Positions 10,145 through 19,103 of a stretch of 64,000 bases of DNA are shown one piece after another; the stretch's first letter is position 1, and every line of letters starts with the position of its first letter. This DNA comes from Candidatus Latescibacterota bacterium (lineage in GTDB: Bacteria > Latescibacterota > UBA2968 > GCA-2709665): assembly GCA_963667175.2 (NCBI GenBank), contig CAXXXF010000016.1, positions 416,001-480,000 on the forward strand, read 5' to 3'. The position numbers were made by a program, and so were the translations under genes. Below the pieces are notes generated by a model, which saw nothing but the letters and a program-made list of their open reading frames with translations, did not search any database and was not told the DNA's origin.

Positions 10145-11512
10145 CTACTCCATCCGTAATGGCATCACCAGTGCCTTTCGGTCCGGATGGTCTGCCGGTA
10201 CAAAAAGGATGGCCTTCAGCGGGTCCGTAACGAAAACGTCCAGTTCCCCTTCTGCCTCGAGCCCGGAGACCACGTCTCTCAGGAAGGCGTGGTTTACATG
10301 GATCCTGAAGGGGTCAGGACTGTCCTCGATGGAAACATCGCCCTCCACGGTGGTCGAAAACCACCAGTATGGAACTCCAGTCCAGGCCTCATCATCTGTT
10401 GAGACCATGCCGCCGGCCTTTTCCTGCCGGACCTTATAACCCATATCCCGCGACGTGGAAAGAGAGAGCCCGCCGGGCGCTGACGCAATCTGAATCTCGA
10501 CTCGTGGCTGATATTCCCATGTCTCCGACGCCGGGTGTCTGGGTTCCAGGTGCTCGGCGATCAAATCAATTGCTCGCATCAATTCGCCTGCGTCCAGCCT
10601 GACGCGAAGGCCCGCCGCGTCGGGAATAACCGCTTCATAGTTCACGTAGGGCTCGTCGATGATCGAAATAGCCCTTTGAGCTTCTCCTTCCAGGCAGAGA
10701 ATCGCCTCGTCCTCCCCGATCGACAACCTGGCGGGTCCCGTATGTGCCGCGTGCAATTCAAAATCGGGTTCCAGTAGCACTTGTGACTTCAGGTCCTCAG
10801 TCCCCTGGAGCGTGCGCAGCAGCAACCTCACCCCATCGCACGCAACAACGCGCCCGCCAGTGTCCAGACAGACCCCCCGAAGCCGGTTACGGGACTCGTC
10901 GTTACTAACCAGCCGGGTCGCCCAGTGGAGGGCACTGAGATCCTGTGCGGTAAGATCGTAGGTTTCTGCAATTCCTGTCATCTCGCTCATCTCCTTTCGG
11001 ATCCGCTGCCTCGCCTTCTGCAGGCGGCTGCGGACCGTGTTGACTTCCAGTCCCAGCTGATATGCGGTTTCCGCGTAGGAACGCCCTTCGAAATAGTGCT
11101 TTTCGATCACGTCCCGATGCGCTTTCGAAAGCCGGCGAATCGCCTGCCTGATCATCATCCGCGCTTCCCGTTCCGCCCCCGAATCGTCGACCGCAAGTTC
11201 CTCCCATTCCCCGGTCAACAGACGTTCGAAACGAACCTGGACCATTCGCCGGCGGTACCACTTTCGGGCCGTGTTTTCCGCGATTTTCGAAAGCCACGGG
11301 GAAAACCGGCTTTCATCCCGCAGTTGACCCAGACGCCGAAACGCCTGCAGGAATACCTCCTGCGCCAGGTCTTCGGCATCGTCCGGTTGCCTGACGATAC
11401 GGCGGATTCTCGCGAAAACCAGGCCTCCGTGGCGCTCCACGAGGCAGCCGAACGCCCATGTCTGTCCTGAACCTGCAAGCCGGACCAGGTCCCGGTCCTC
11501 AAGTGGTTCCAA
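10145..11512 (-). CDS. ECF sigma-70 factor with C-terminal DNA polymerase III beta-clamp (domains II-III)-like extension
   Basis: Sigma region 2 (DAEDLAQEVFL, FSPWLSKIA) and region 4 (SYAETAYQLGLEVNTVRSRLQKAR); then VSNDESRNRLRGV, VACDGVRL, YVNYEAVIP, VNHAFLRDVV and terminal VMPLRME resembling DnaN motifs. Confidence 0.85.
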   Translation of the reverse strand: MEPLEDRDLVRLAGSGQTWAFGCLVERHGGLVFARIRRIVRQPDDAEDLAQEVFLQAFRRLGQLRDESRFSPWLSKIAENTARKWYRRRMVQVRFERLLTGEWEELAVDDSGAEREARMMIRQAIRRLSKAHRDVIEKHYFEGRSYAETAYQLGLEVNTVRSRLQKARQRIRKEMSEMTGIAETYDLTAQDLSALHWATRLVSNDESRNRLRGVCLDTGGRVVACDGVRLLLRTLQGTEDLKSQVLLEPDFELHAAHTGPARLSIGEDEAILCLEGEAQRAISIIDEPYVNYEAVIPDAAGLRVRLDAGELMRAIDLIAEHLEPRHPASETWEYQPRVEIQIASAPGGLSLSTSRDMGYKVRQEKAGGMVSTDDEAWTGVPYWWFSTTVEGDVSIEDSPDPFRIHVNHAFLRDVVSGLEAEGELDVFVTDPLKAILFVPADHPDRKALVMPLRME

Positions 11513-11633
11513 ATGACGCCTCCCGGAGGCGGCGGATCGTCACGCACGCGACATGAATACAGATACCCGTTGCGTCGGAAAGTATCCCGCGGAAGGGAAA
11601 AATACCTCCTCGCGTCCGGCCCCCTTTCTTCAC

Positions 11634-11659
11634 AAAAAAAGCCACCCGATACGGGCGGC
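11634..11659 (-). terminator. Rho-independent terminator
   Basis: Minus strand GCCGCCCG-TAT-CGGGTGGC-TTTTTTT downstream of the transglutaminase-like gene. Confidence 0.75.
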
Positions 11660-11697
11660 AGCTTGCCAGGTGCGCAATGAAGACGAGGCGACGTCCG

Positions 11698-13776
11698 CTA
11701 TAACGTGACCGCGAGGCTGCTGACGGGACCCTTCACGCCGGCGCTGTTGACGGAACGCACCCGCAGGGTGTTCAGTCCGCTGTGCAGTCGCCAGTCGAAG
11801 GCCTCCGGGCTCGGTTTCCATTCATCCCGGTCCACGCTGGACAGAAAACCCGAGAAACAGGGTGTCTGCGTCTCCAGGCTGACCCTCAGCAAGGCCGCGT
11901 TCCGCGTCGTCTCCACCGTGTACCGGGTCTGGTTCATCGTCGGATAGAAGTCCGACCGCCGGTTCGTATGACGCGAGAAGTGCGGCAACGGCGGCACGTT
12001 GTCATCGGCCCAGTTGAGATACCCGTCCCACGCCCAGATCTCCGTGCCCTGACTCACCGGAAGCGGCCGCGGCTGGCTGAACACGTTGCTGCGCGGAATC
12101 ATCCGGAAGTGGCAGAAGGACCGGAACAGAAAGTGCGCGCCGTCGGTGGTGGAAAACTCGTGGCGGCCTTCCCGAATTGCAATCGGCAGGTCGCGGACGA
12201 GGGTTTCCAGGTCCTGCCGGAACAGATACGGACGATCCCAGCGCTCGACGTCCTCGAGCCTGTCCACCAGGACCCGGCGCACCTCGAGCGTATCCAGCGG
12301 CACACGCGTCCCGGGATCGTACCAGTAGAAATCCCGCGTGGCGTCAAGATGGACCCACTTGCCGTAATCGTTCGACCAGACCTCCGCAATCTCGTGCCCG
12401 GTCATGCCTTCGCTGTGAAAGTTCACGTGACGCGCGGGAAAGCCGAAGCTCAGACACGCGGCCACGAGCGCCACGTTCGGATAAAGACACATCTTGTCGC
12501 GCCGGCGTTCCCTGTATCGATTCATCACAATCGACCCCGACTCGTCCCGCTCGAGCACCAGCCAATCCAGGACGTTCCAGGGAAAGTGCCGGCACGCGCC
12601 CAGCGGAACGGCATACGCCCACGCCATCAGGCGCTCGATGGCTTCGAATTCCGTCTGAGCCCCGGCGACAACGGCATCCAGTTCGAACCGTTCGCGCAGT
12701 TCGCGCAAGGTGGCGTGACTGTAGTCTTCGTCCGCGGTCCAGTAAGAAGACCGCCTGATGGCCGGGTTCTCCGCATTGACGATCCGCGGACGCGGGGCGC
12801 CGTCAGGGCGCACCTCCGCCTGAACGCGCATCGTTCTCAGAACAGGAGTGCGCGCCGGGTGGGACGTCTGTAACCGCATCCGCCACTGAAGGTACCGTCC
12901 CAGCAGGCGCGTTACCGGCGACCCGCGTTCACACGACTGCCATTCGCTCCAGCACGCCCCTTTCACAACCGGCCCGGCCCCCGTGCGCACCTCACAGCTC
13001 ACAGCAGTTCCGCCGGGGACGTCCGCGTCCCAGTCCAAACGCAATTCACGAATGGATTTGCGCCGCTTCACGCCTTCGCGTTCGCCCGCGGCATCGATGA
13101 CCGGCGACGTGACAACCCCTTCTTCGCGGTACCCGTCCACGATCAGCCGGATCACGTATTCGCCGCGTTCGGGCGCCCAATCGCCATTTCGGCGCACAAA
13201 ACTCGACGCGGGCAGCACGACCGGGTCCGCCGTCCCCTTTTCAAAGTCCCGGTAATCCGCCACCATCAGGCTCCATCCCACCCTCCCGCCGGCCACGTCG
13301 ACGACCAGATGGTTTTCTCCCTGCCGCAGACATCCCGGCGGAAGTTCCACGTAATACCACCGGCTCCAGCTCCACGCGCCTTCATCGGGCGCCAACTCCC
13401 AGTACTGCCGGGCATCGGGAGTCGCCAGCGGGGACGGCGGCCGCAGCACCTCCCGTCCGTTGACGTTGAATCGCAACGTGGCCGAATGCCCTCTCCGCTC
13501 CCTTGCGACAAAAGCCACCTGTGCCTTCCCGGGAGGACGCTGCGCCAACGTCAGTGTCTTCTTCAGCGCCACCCGGCCGGACAACGCCAGGAACGGATCC
13601 TCGTCCATGTCGTCCGACCTTCCGGCCCCGGGGCTGTCGTTCTCCGCTACCGAACCCTTGAAAAGGCGGATCCCGTCTTCTTCTTCCCCCATCCAGAGAT
13701 CCGTAACGTCCGAGGCGTCGTAGGTCTCTCGCGCGGGAAAGCGGGACTTGACCCGCCTGTATCCGTCTCCAGCCAT
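11698..13776 (-). CDS. Transglutaminase-like domain protein with long N-terminal beta-rich region
   Basis: C-H-D triad pattern KMCLYPN...GHEIAEVWSNDYGKWVHLDAT. Confidence 0.75.
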   Translation of the reverse strand: MAGDGYRRVKSRFPARETYDASDVTDLWMGEEEDGIRLFKGSVAENDSPGAGRSDDMDEDPFLALSGRVALKKTLTLAQRPPGKAQVAFVARERRGHSATLRFNVNGREVLRPPSPLATPDARQYWELAPDEGAWSWSRWYYVELPPGCLRQGENHLVVDVAGGRVGWSLMVADYRDFEKGTADPVVLPASSFVRRNGDWAPERGEYVIRLIVDGYREEGVVTSPVIDAAGEREGVKRRKSIRELRLDWDADVPGGTAVSCEVRTGAGPVVKGACWSEWQSCERGSPVTRLLGRYLQWRMRLQTSHPARTPVLRTMRVQAEVRPDGAPRPRIVNAENPAIRRSSYWTADEDYSHATLRELRERFELDAVVAGAQTEFEAIERLMAWAYAVPLGACRHFPWNVLDWLVLERDESGSIVMNRYRERRRDKMCLYPNVALVAACLSFGFPARHVNFHSEGMTGHEIAEVWSNDYGKWVHLDATRDFYWYDPGTRVPLDTLEVRRVLVDRLEDVERWDRPYLFRQDLETLVRDLPIAIREGRHEFSTTDGAHFLFRSFCHFRMIPRSNVFSQPRPLPVSQGTEIWAWDGYLNWADDNVPPLPHFSRHTNRRSDFYPTMNQTRYTVETTRNAALLRVSLETQTPCFSGFLSSVDRDEWKPSPEAFDWRLHSGLNTLRVRSVNSAGVKGPVSSLAVTL

Positions 13777-13846
13777 CTTCCGGCCTCTGCCGATTCGCAA
13801 GTGCGCCGCGGACGGCGTACCGTATGCGGGGTGGACAGAACACCGC

Positions 13847-15085
13847 CTATTTCAGGTAGGCGGCTTCCACTTTCTCTAAAGCGGCCACAATGTCGGACAC
13901 TTCCCGCTCCCCGTAGTTCTCGTGGACGGGCATCGTAAAATGGCTTTCAGCGGCCTCGACCGCGTTGGGACACGGGAAGGTGGCATTGCGGTCGCCCTTG
14001 TAGTCCGGAAGCCCCCAGGGATAGTCGGTGTTTCCGAAAACCCTGCGTTCCCTGAACCAGGACGCCTCGGACGGGATATGCCTGTAGGACACCGACCCGG
14101 GAATGCCCTCCGCGGCCAGCGCGCGAACGAAACCCGCCTTGTCCACGTTCAGTTTCTCCGTATCCAGGTGGAACCGGAGGAACCAGTACACGCATTCCGT
14201 CCCCGGTGCCTGCCTGCCCATGGAGACGGCCTCCAGATGTTCGATGCCGTCGCGTATCGCATCTCCCGCCTGTCGCCGGTTGTCCGCAATCTCCCCCAGG
14301 CGGCGCAACTGGACACGGCCGATGGCCGCCGCCAGGTCGCTCCCGTTCATATTCAGGCTCGCCCTCACGTTGGAAAGCCCGCTGCCCTCCAGATTGTACG
14401 GTTTGCCCCGATCCGAGAAGCGCTTCACCCGCCAATAGAGATCGTGGTCCTTCGCGAAGATGACCCCGCCCTGGGAACCGGTGGCGTGATGTTTGCCGCT
14501 CATCGTCGAAAACGTCCCCATCGTCCCCATGCTGCCTACCATTCGTCCCCTGTATCTGGCGCCGTGGGCCTGCGCGCAATCTTCGATCACGGGCAGGCCG
14601 CGCGAATCGGCCAGCTCCAGAATCGGGTCCATGTCGGCCGGTTCGCCGGCGATATGCGCCACGATGATCGCCCGCGAATGCTCCGTCAGCACGGCTTCGA
14701 TCTGTTCCGCTCCGGCGTTGAACGTGCCCGGTGCGGCGTCCGCCACCACCGGAACCAGGTTCAGCAACGCCACGGGCATCACGCCTCCGGGATCGGTGAT
14801 TGGTGGCGCCACGACCTCGCCCGGGACCTCCGGTTCGAGGCCTCCCAGCGCCGCGTAGAGAGAGTTGGTACCCGAATTCACGAGGTCGGCGTATCCGCCG
14901 CCCATGAAATCCGCGAAGTCCCGTTCGTACGCCCGCTCCTCCGGGCCATCGTACCCGAACGCGTTGCCCGACCGGATACTTTCGTCGAAGAGCGCCATCA
15001 CGGCCTGTTTCTCTTCCTCCCCGAAAAGGCGCCGCGCGGGCATCGGCACGTTACGGACCTTCTCACCGCCATCGATCGCCAGCAT
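13847..15085 (-). CDS. DegT/DnrJ/EryC1/StrS family PLP aminotransferase
   Basis: NSGTNSL, IEDCAQAHGA, FSTMSGKHHATGSQGG. Confidence 0.92.
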   Translation of the reverse strand: MLAIDGGEKVRNVPMPARRLFGEEEKQAVMALFDESIRSGNAFGYDGPEERAYERDFADFMGGGYADLVNSGTNSLYAALGGLEPEVPGEVVAPPITDPGGVMPVALLNLVPVVADAAPGTFNAGAEQIEAVLTEHSRAIIVAHIAGEPADMDPILELADSRGLPVIEDCAQAHGARYRGRMVGSMGTMGTFSTMSGKHHATGSQGGVIFAKDHDLYWRVKRFSDRGKPYNLEGSGLSNVRASLNMNGSDLAAAIGRVQLRRLGEIADNRRQAGDAIRDGIEHLEAVSMGRQAPGTECVYWFLRFHLDTEKLNVDKAGFVRALAAEGIPGSVSYRHIPSEASWFRERRVFGNTDYPWGLPDYKGDRNATFPCPNAVEAAESHFTMPVHENYGEREVSDIVAALEKVEAAYLK

Positions 15086-16007
15086 ACCAGTTGCCTCCTG
15101 AAGGTTGTTGTGTTACAGCTCCGGCAAAGGCACGCCACAGGGCATCGATGCCCTTGCCCATTGTCCGCTCATCCGAGAAACACCGGTAGACCAATCGTGT
15201 ATGCGCCGCCATCTCGTCGCCGGCCGCCAGGTCCCTGCCGTAGCACCAGTCGTGCGCGGTATCCCATCCGTGGTACTGCCCCGTCAGGTAGGTCGTGTGG
15301 ACGGGGTCGCAAAGAAACACCAGCGTGAATCCGTTGGACGAGTTCCGGGCGGCCAGTACGGGCAGGCTGAAGTCCCTGTCTTCCAGGTCCCGATGCAAAC
15401 CTCTGACCGGGTCACCGTATCGACCATCCCGAAGCATTTCCCGCGACCGGCGGTCTCTGACGATGCCGAACGTCCGGTTGATTTCCACGCGGTTATCGAG
15501 CCTTGTCCAGGTTCGAGTCCCGTCGGCATTGCCCAAAGACACCCAGGTCTCATCGAAATCTTCGGCAACGTAAGAGGCAAAGAAAACCTCGAAACGCCGT
15601 ATATTCACCGAAGGCCGGATGATCATCTTCAGGTCCACCGCGTCGCCATGCGGCCGGTAAACGAGATCCATCGCAAAGCGGAATTCCGGCTCCTCCGGGA
15701 AATGTATGGCCACCCCGTCCTCGGACAATTCGTGCGCCACCTTCCTCGCCAGAGAGAGCCGCCTGGGGTACATGACCATGCCCGAACCGGGCTTCAGGTA
15801 ATATTCCGCGTTCAGGAATGCCTTATTGTGCCGCACCACCCCGACCCTGTAGTCCCGGTGCATCAACCCGCAGATGCCGTGGTAGTTCATGTACGGTTGT
15901 ATACCGCCCATAATCTCGCCGGTATCGAACTCGTAGCACTGAGACAGGGTGCTCCAGGCAATCTGCACGACCGTCCTCCGAGAAAACCGCGTTTCGTCCC
16001 GGCACAC
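15063..16007 (-). CDS. Hypothetical protein
   Basis: 314-aa ORF collinear with its neighbours and overlapping the DegT start; no recognised motif; start uncertain. Confidence 0.6.
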   Translation of the reverse strand: MCRDETRFSRRTVVQIAWSTLSQCYEFDTGEIMGGIQPYMNYHGICGLMHRDYRVGVVRHNKAFLNAEYYLKPGSGMVMYPRRLSLARKVAHELSEDGVAIHFPEEPEFRFAMDLVYRPHGDAVDLKMIIRPSVNIRRFEVFFASYVAEDFDETWVSLGNADGTRTWTRLDNRVEINRTFGIVRDRRSREMLRDGRYGDPVRGLHRDLEDRDFSLPVLAARNSSNGFTLVFLCDPVHTTYLTGQYHGWDTAHDWCYGRDLAAGDEMAAHTRLVYRCFSDERTMGKGIDALWRAFAGAVTQQPSGGNWYAGDRWR

Positions 16008-16186
16008 GCAGGAAAACCGGCGTCCCCGATCGGGTACTGCCCCCGGGCGCCCTTCGCCCGCAAGATAATATTCCAGGGGGTCAACGCAACCGGATTCTGG
16101 ACGCGAAAAAAGCGCGAGAATCGAGTTCCCGCGCCAGTTCCAGGTTGAAATTCGCCGATGGCGTCACCGGCCGTTTGCCGGCAGAC

Positions 16187-16891
16187 TCAGTTTCCGCCGG
16201 CTTGCTCTTTCGTTGCCGCCGTATCCGCCGCGGCGTCCAACTCCAGCATAAGCGGGCTCGACGTATCCCTCCTGGCATCGATCAGCACCGGAGAAGCCGG
16301 TGACGCTGCCGCGGGAGGCGCCGCCGCGTCCACGTCGATATCCGGACCCGTCGTGTCCGCTCCAGCCGGCTCGGGCTTTCGGCCCCAGAAGTCGGGCGTC
16401 GCATTCAGATAATAGGTAATATTGTTGTTGGTCAGATAGACCGCTTTCCCGGACCCGAGACGCACGTAATTCTTGCTCCAGTCTCTCTTCGACTGGCCAA
16501 ACACAAAAGCGGCCAGTTCCGCGCCCCCGGCGTCCCTGACGGACAGCCGGATGCCGGCTGAGTCGTCCACGGAATACACGGTCCACCGGTCCGCGCTCCG
16601 GGTCATCAGGGTCGTGCGCTCGACGTTCAGTACCCGGTCGAACAGATTGTCAATCGGCGCTTCGCGCACCTCCAGGGAATCGTGGCCCACGAGCCGCCAG
16701 ACGTCTCCGTCCAGGCGCAGCTCAACGCGCTCGCCTCCGCGTTCGATCACGACCTGCTGAACGTCGTCACGGCTCCCCGCAAAAATCCGGCTTCCCGAAG
16801 CCGTATGTCTGGTCTTGGAAAACTGGACGTAGGCGACACCCGCGGCCAGCGCCAGAATCACGATCAGCCAACCCCTCGCCCGCTTAGCCAT
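16187..16891 (-). CDS. DUF4340-like membrane-anchored protein
   Basis: N-terminal TM helix; typical fourth gene of a GldA/F/G-like ABC operon. Confidence 0.7.
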   Translation of the reverse strand: MAKRARGWLIVILALAAGVAYVQFSKTRHTASGSRIFAGSRDDVQQVVIERGGERVELRLDGDVWRLVGHDSLEVREAPIDNLFDRVLNVERTTLMTRSADRWTVYSVDDSAGIRLSVRDAGGAELAAFVFGQSKRDWSKNYVRLGSGKAVYLTNNNITYYLNATPDFWGRKPEPAGADTTGPDIDVDAAAPPAAASPASPVLIDARRDTSSPLMLELDAAADTAATKEQAGGN

Positions 16892-18386
16892 ATTGCTCCT
16901 CCAACGTTCTTGCGCGCCCGGCCTCCCGACGCCACCGCAGCAGACCGTACGCGACGATCAGAACCGGCGGCAGCAGTACGTTCAACCACTTCCAGCGCGC
17001 CTTTTCGGCGTCGTCGAGTTCCGCCAGAGGACGGGTCGTTATCTCCCGGGAGCGGAGCGCCACCAGATCGCTGTCGCCCATCAGGAAATCGACGACATTG
17101 GCGATAAAGATGAAATTCTCCTGAAAAGTGCCTCCCGATTCGTCTTCAAACAGACCGGAATCCCCCACCAGAACCACCTGGCTCATACCCTGCGGTCCTT
17201 CCTGTCGTGCCAGCGCGCCCACCACTTTCCCCGGCTGATTGAGCGTGTTGAAGAACGGGTTCTCCATAGGGCGCAGATTGAAGAATCCGGTCATCACGCC
17301 GGACCGGTCGGACGTAACCATCAACGGCGTGGTCTGCGCGCCGCCGGCAGCCGAATCGGCCAGCGCGATCTCGCTGCTGAACAGCAGGCGCACCTGTTCG
17401 AGCCCATCCACCGTCAGGTGCTCGCCGAAGCGGTGTACCACCGGGAAAAACGGGTACTGTATCTGTGAACTCATCTGCAGGAATCCGTGGCGCTGGCTGA
17501 TCGTGATCGCGCTGCATCGCTGGTCCAGCACCAGGTTTTCCTTTACCTGCAGGCCCAGTGACTCCAGAAAACCGAACAGGTTCGACTGTACAGGCGTGCC
17601 GCGCTGCCCGTTCAGGTCGCCCGTGACCCGCCCCTGACCGATAAACAGATTGCCGCCCCTGTGCGTGAATGCCTCAAGGTTCTCGAGCTCGGCCTCGCTC
17701 AACGAGTCCGTCACCCCGCTGATCATCAACAGGCCGACGTCGTCGGGCACAGGCGAGGCCAGCCTGACGTTTCGGACGAGGTACGACTGCTGGAGCACGG
17801 CGGAGACGTTCCGGACCGCGGGCGGCTGGGCGCCTATGATCGCGAATGCGACTGCCTGTTTTTCCGTATCGATGAGCTTTTTGATCTGCGTGGTGATTTC
17901 GTACTCCAGACCGGTTGTGCTCTCGATCACCGGGATCACCTCGCGTCCGTCTCCGTAGAGGAAGACCATCCCCATGTAGACCCGCTTGACCTCCAGCTTG
18001 TCGTTTTCAACCACCTGCAGCTGTACGGGCTGAATCCCGTATTTCCGCGCTTCCTCCGCGAGCGCCTGGTCGTCTTCGGGCCGGAAAAACTCGAACCTTA
18101 CGCCGCCGCCGCCGAACGCTTCGTACTCTTCGAGTATATCCTGCAGGTAGCGCCGGTTGTTGCCGTACTGGCCGGGAAGATTGTCCGTAAAGTAGACCTT
18201 CATCGTCAGCAGATCTTCCACCTGGTCCACCACCCGTTTGCTGGAATCGGAAAGCGAATAGATCCCGTTCGCGGTCAGATCCAGCCGAAAAAACAGGTCT
18301 CTCGACACGAAGTTCAACGCCGCGACGATTACGACCGCCAGGAGCAGATAGATGGTGAACGAACGTCTATTGTGAACCGCAAACAT
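16884..18386 (-). CDS. GldG-like ABC transporter auxiliary/substrate-binding protein
   Basis: FFRLDLTANGIYSLS, A..YGIQPVQ, LEYEITTQI, N- and C-terminal TM helices. Confidence 0.85.
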   Translation of the reverse strand: MFAVHNRRSFTIYLLLAVVIVAALNFVSRDLFFRLDLTANGIYSLSDSSKRVVDQVEDLLTMKVYFTDNLPGQYGNNRRYLQDILEEYEAFGGGGVRFEFFRPEDDQALAEEARKYGIQPVQLQVVENDKLEVKRVYMGMVFLYGDGREVIPVIESTTGLEYEITTQIKKLIDTEKQAVAFAIIGAQPPAVRNVSAVLQQSYLVRNVRLASPVPDDVGLLMISGVTDSLSEAELENLEAFTHRGGNLFIGQGRVTGDLNGQRGTPVQSNLFGFLESLGLQVKENLVLDQRCSAITISQRHGFLQMSSQIQYPFFPVVHRFGEHLTVDGLEQVRLLFSSEIALADSAAGGAQTTPLMVTSDRSGVMTGFFNLRPMENPFFNTLNQPGKVVGALARQEGPQGMSQVVLVGDSGLFEDESGGTFQENFIFIANVVDFLMGDSDLVALRSREITTRPLAELDDAEKARWKWLNVLLPPVLIVAYGLLRWRREAGRARTLEEQYG

Positions 18387-18389
18387 CGA

Positions 18390-19103
18390 CTACCTCCACT
18401 TCCTCATCTCGAGAACCCGCAGGGTGAGCGCCAGAAACAACCAGATCATCCCCGCGAAATAGACAAGATTCCTCGAATCGATAACGCCGCGCGCAATATT
18501 CGACAGGTGGAAGTCCACACTGACGTATTGGGCGATCGTCGCCAGCCCGGCCGGTATGAAAAGCAGCAGTTTGTCCAGCAGGAAAAACACCATCACGATC
18601 GCGATCGAGATAATCAACGAAACCACCTGGTTCTCCGTCAGGCTGCTTGCAAACGTGCCAACCGCGGCATAAAACGCGCCGACGAGAACGAGTCCGATGT
18701 ATCCGGTAATGACCGCGCCGACGTCGACGTGGGTCCCCACGACAAGGAGCGTGAGAAAATGCACCAGCGTAAACAGCAGCCCCACCACGATCAGGCTCAC
18801 CGCCGCCAGGTATTTGCCCGCGACGAATTCAACGTCCTGGATGGGCATGGTGGTCAATACTTCCATGGTGCCCAGGTTCTTCTCTTTCGCGACCAGTCCC
18901 ATCGAAATGGCCGGCACGAAGAACAGGAAGACCAGCGGGACGATGTTGAAAAGGGCGCGCATATCCGACTGTCCGATAAGGAAGAACGTGCTCGTGAAAA
19001 AGTAACCGCTCAAAACCGCGAAGATCACGAGAAATATATAGGCCATGGGGCTGTTGAAATAGGAACGAAGTTCCTTGAGATAGATCGCCTTCGTATTACG
19101 CAT
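18390..19103 (-). CDS. ABC-2 type permease (GldF-like)
   Basis: KELRSYFNSPMAY, EKNLGTMEVL, GKYLA, ARGVIDSRNLVYF. Confidence 0.9.
   Translation of the reverse strand: MRNTKAIYLKELRSYFNSPMAYIFLVIFAVLSGYFFTSTFFLIGQSDMRALFNIVPLVFLFFVPAISMGLVAKEKNLGTMEVLTTMPIQDVEFVAGKYLAAVSLIVVGLLFTLVHFLTLLVVGTHVDVGAVITGYIGLVLVGAFYAAVGTFASSLTENQVVSLIISIAIVMVFFLLDKLLLFIPAGLATIAQYVSVDFHLSNIARGVIDSRNLVYFAGMIWLFLALTLRVLEMRKWR

Noticed and set aside
10145-10981. Replicative dnaN gene
   Set aside because: Lacks clamp domain I, is divergent, is fused to a sigma factor and has no dnaA/recF/gyrB context
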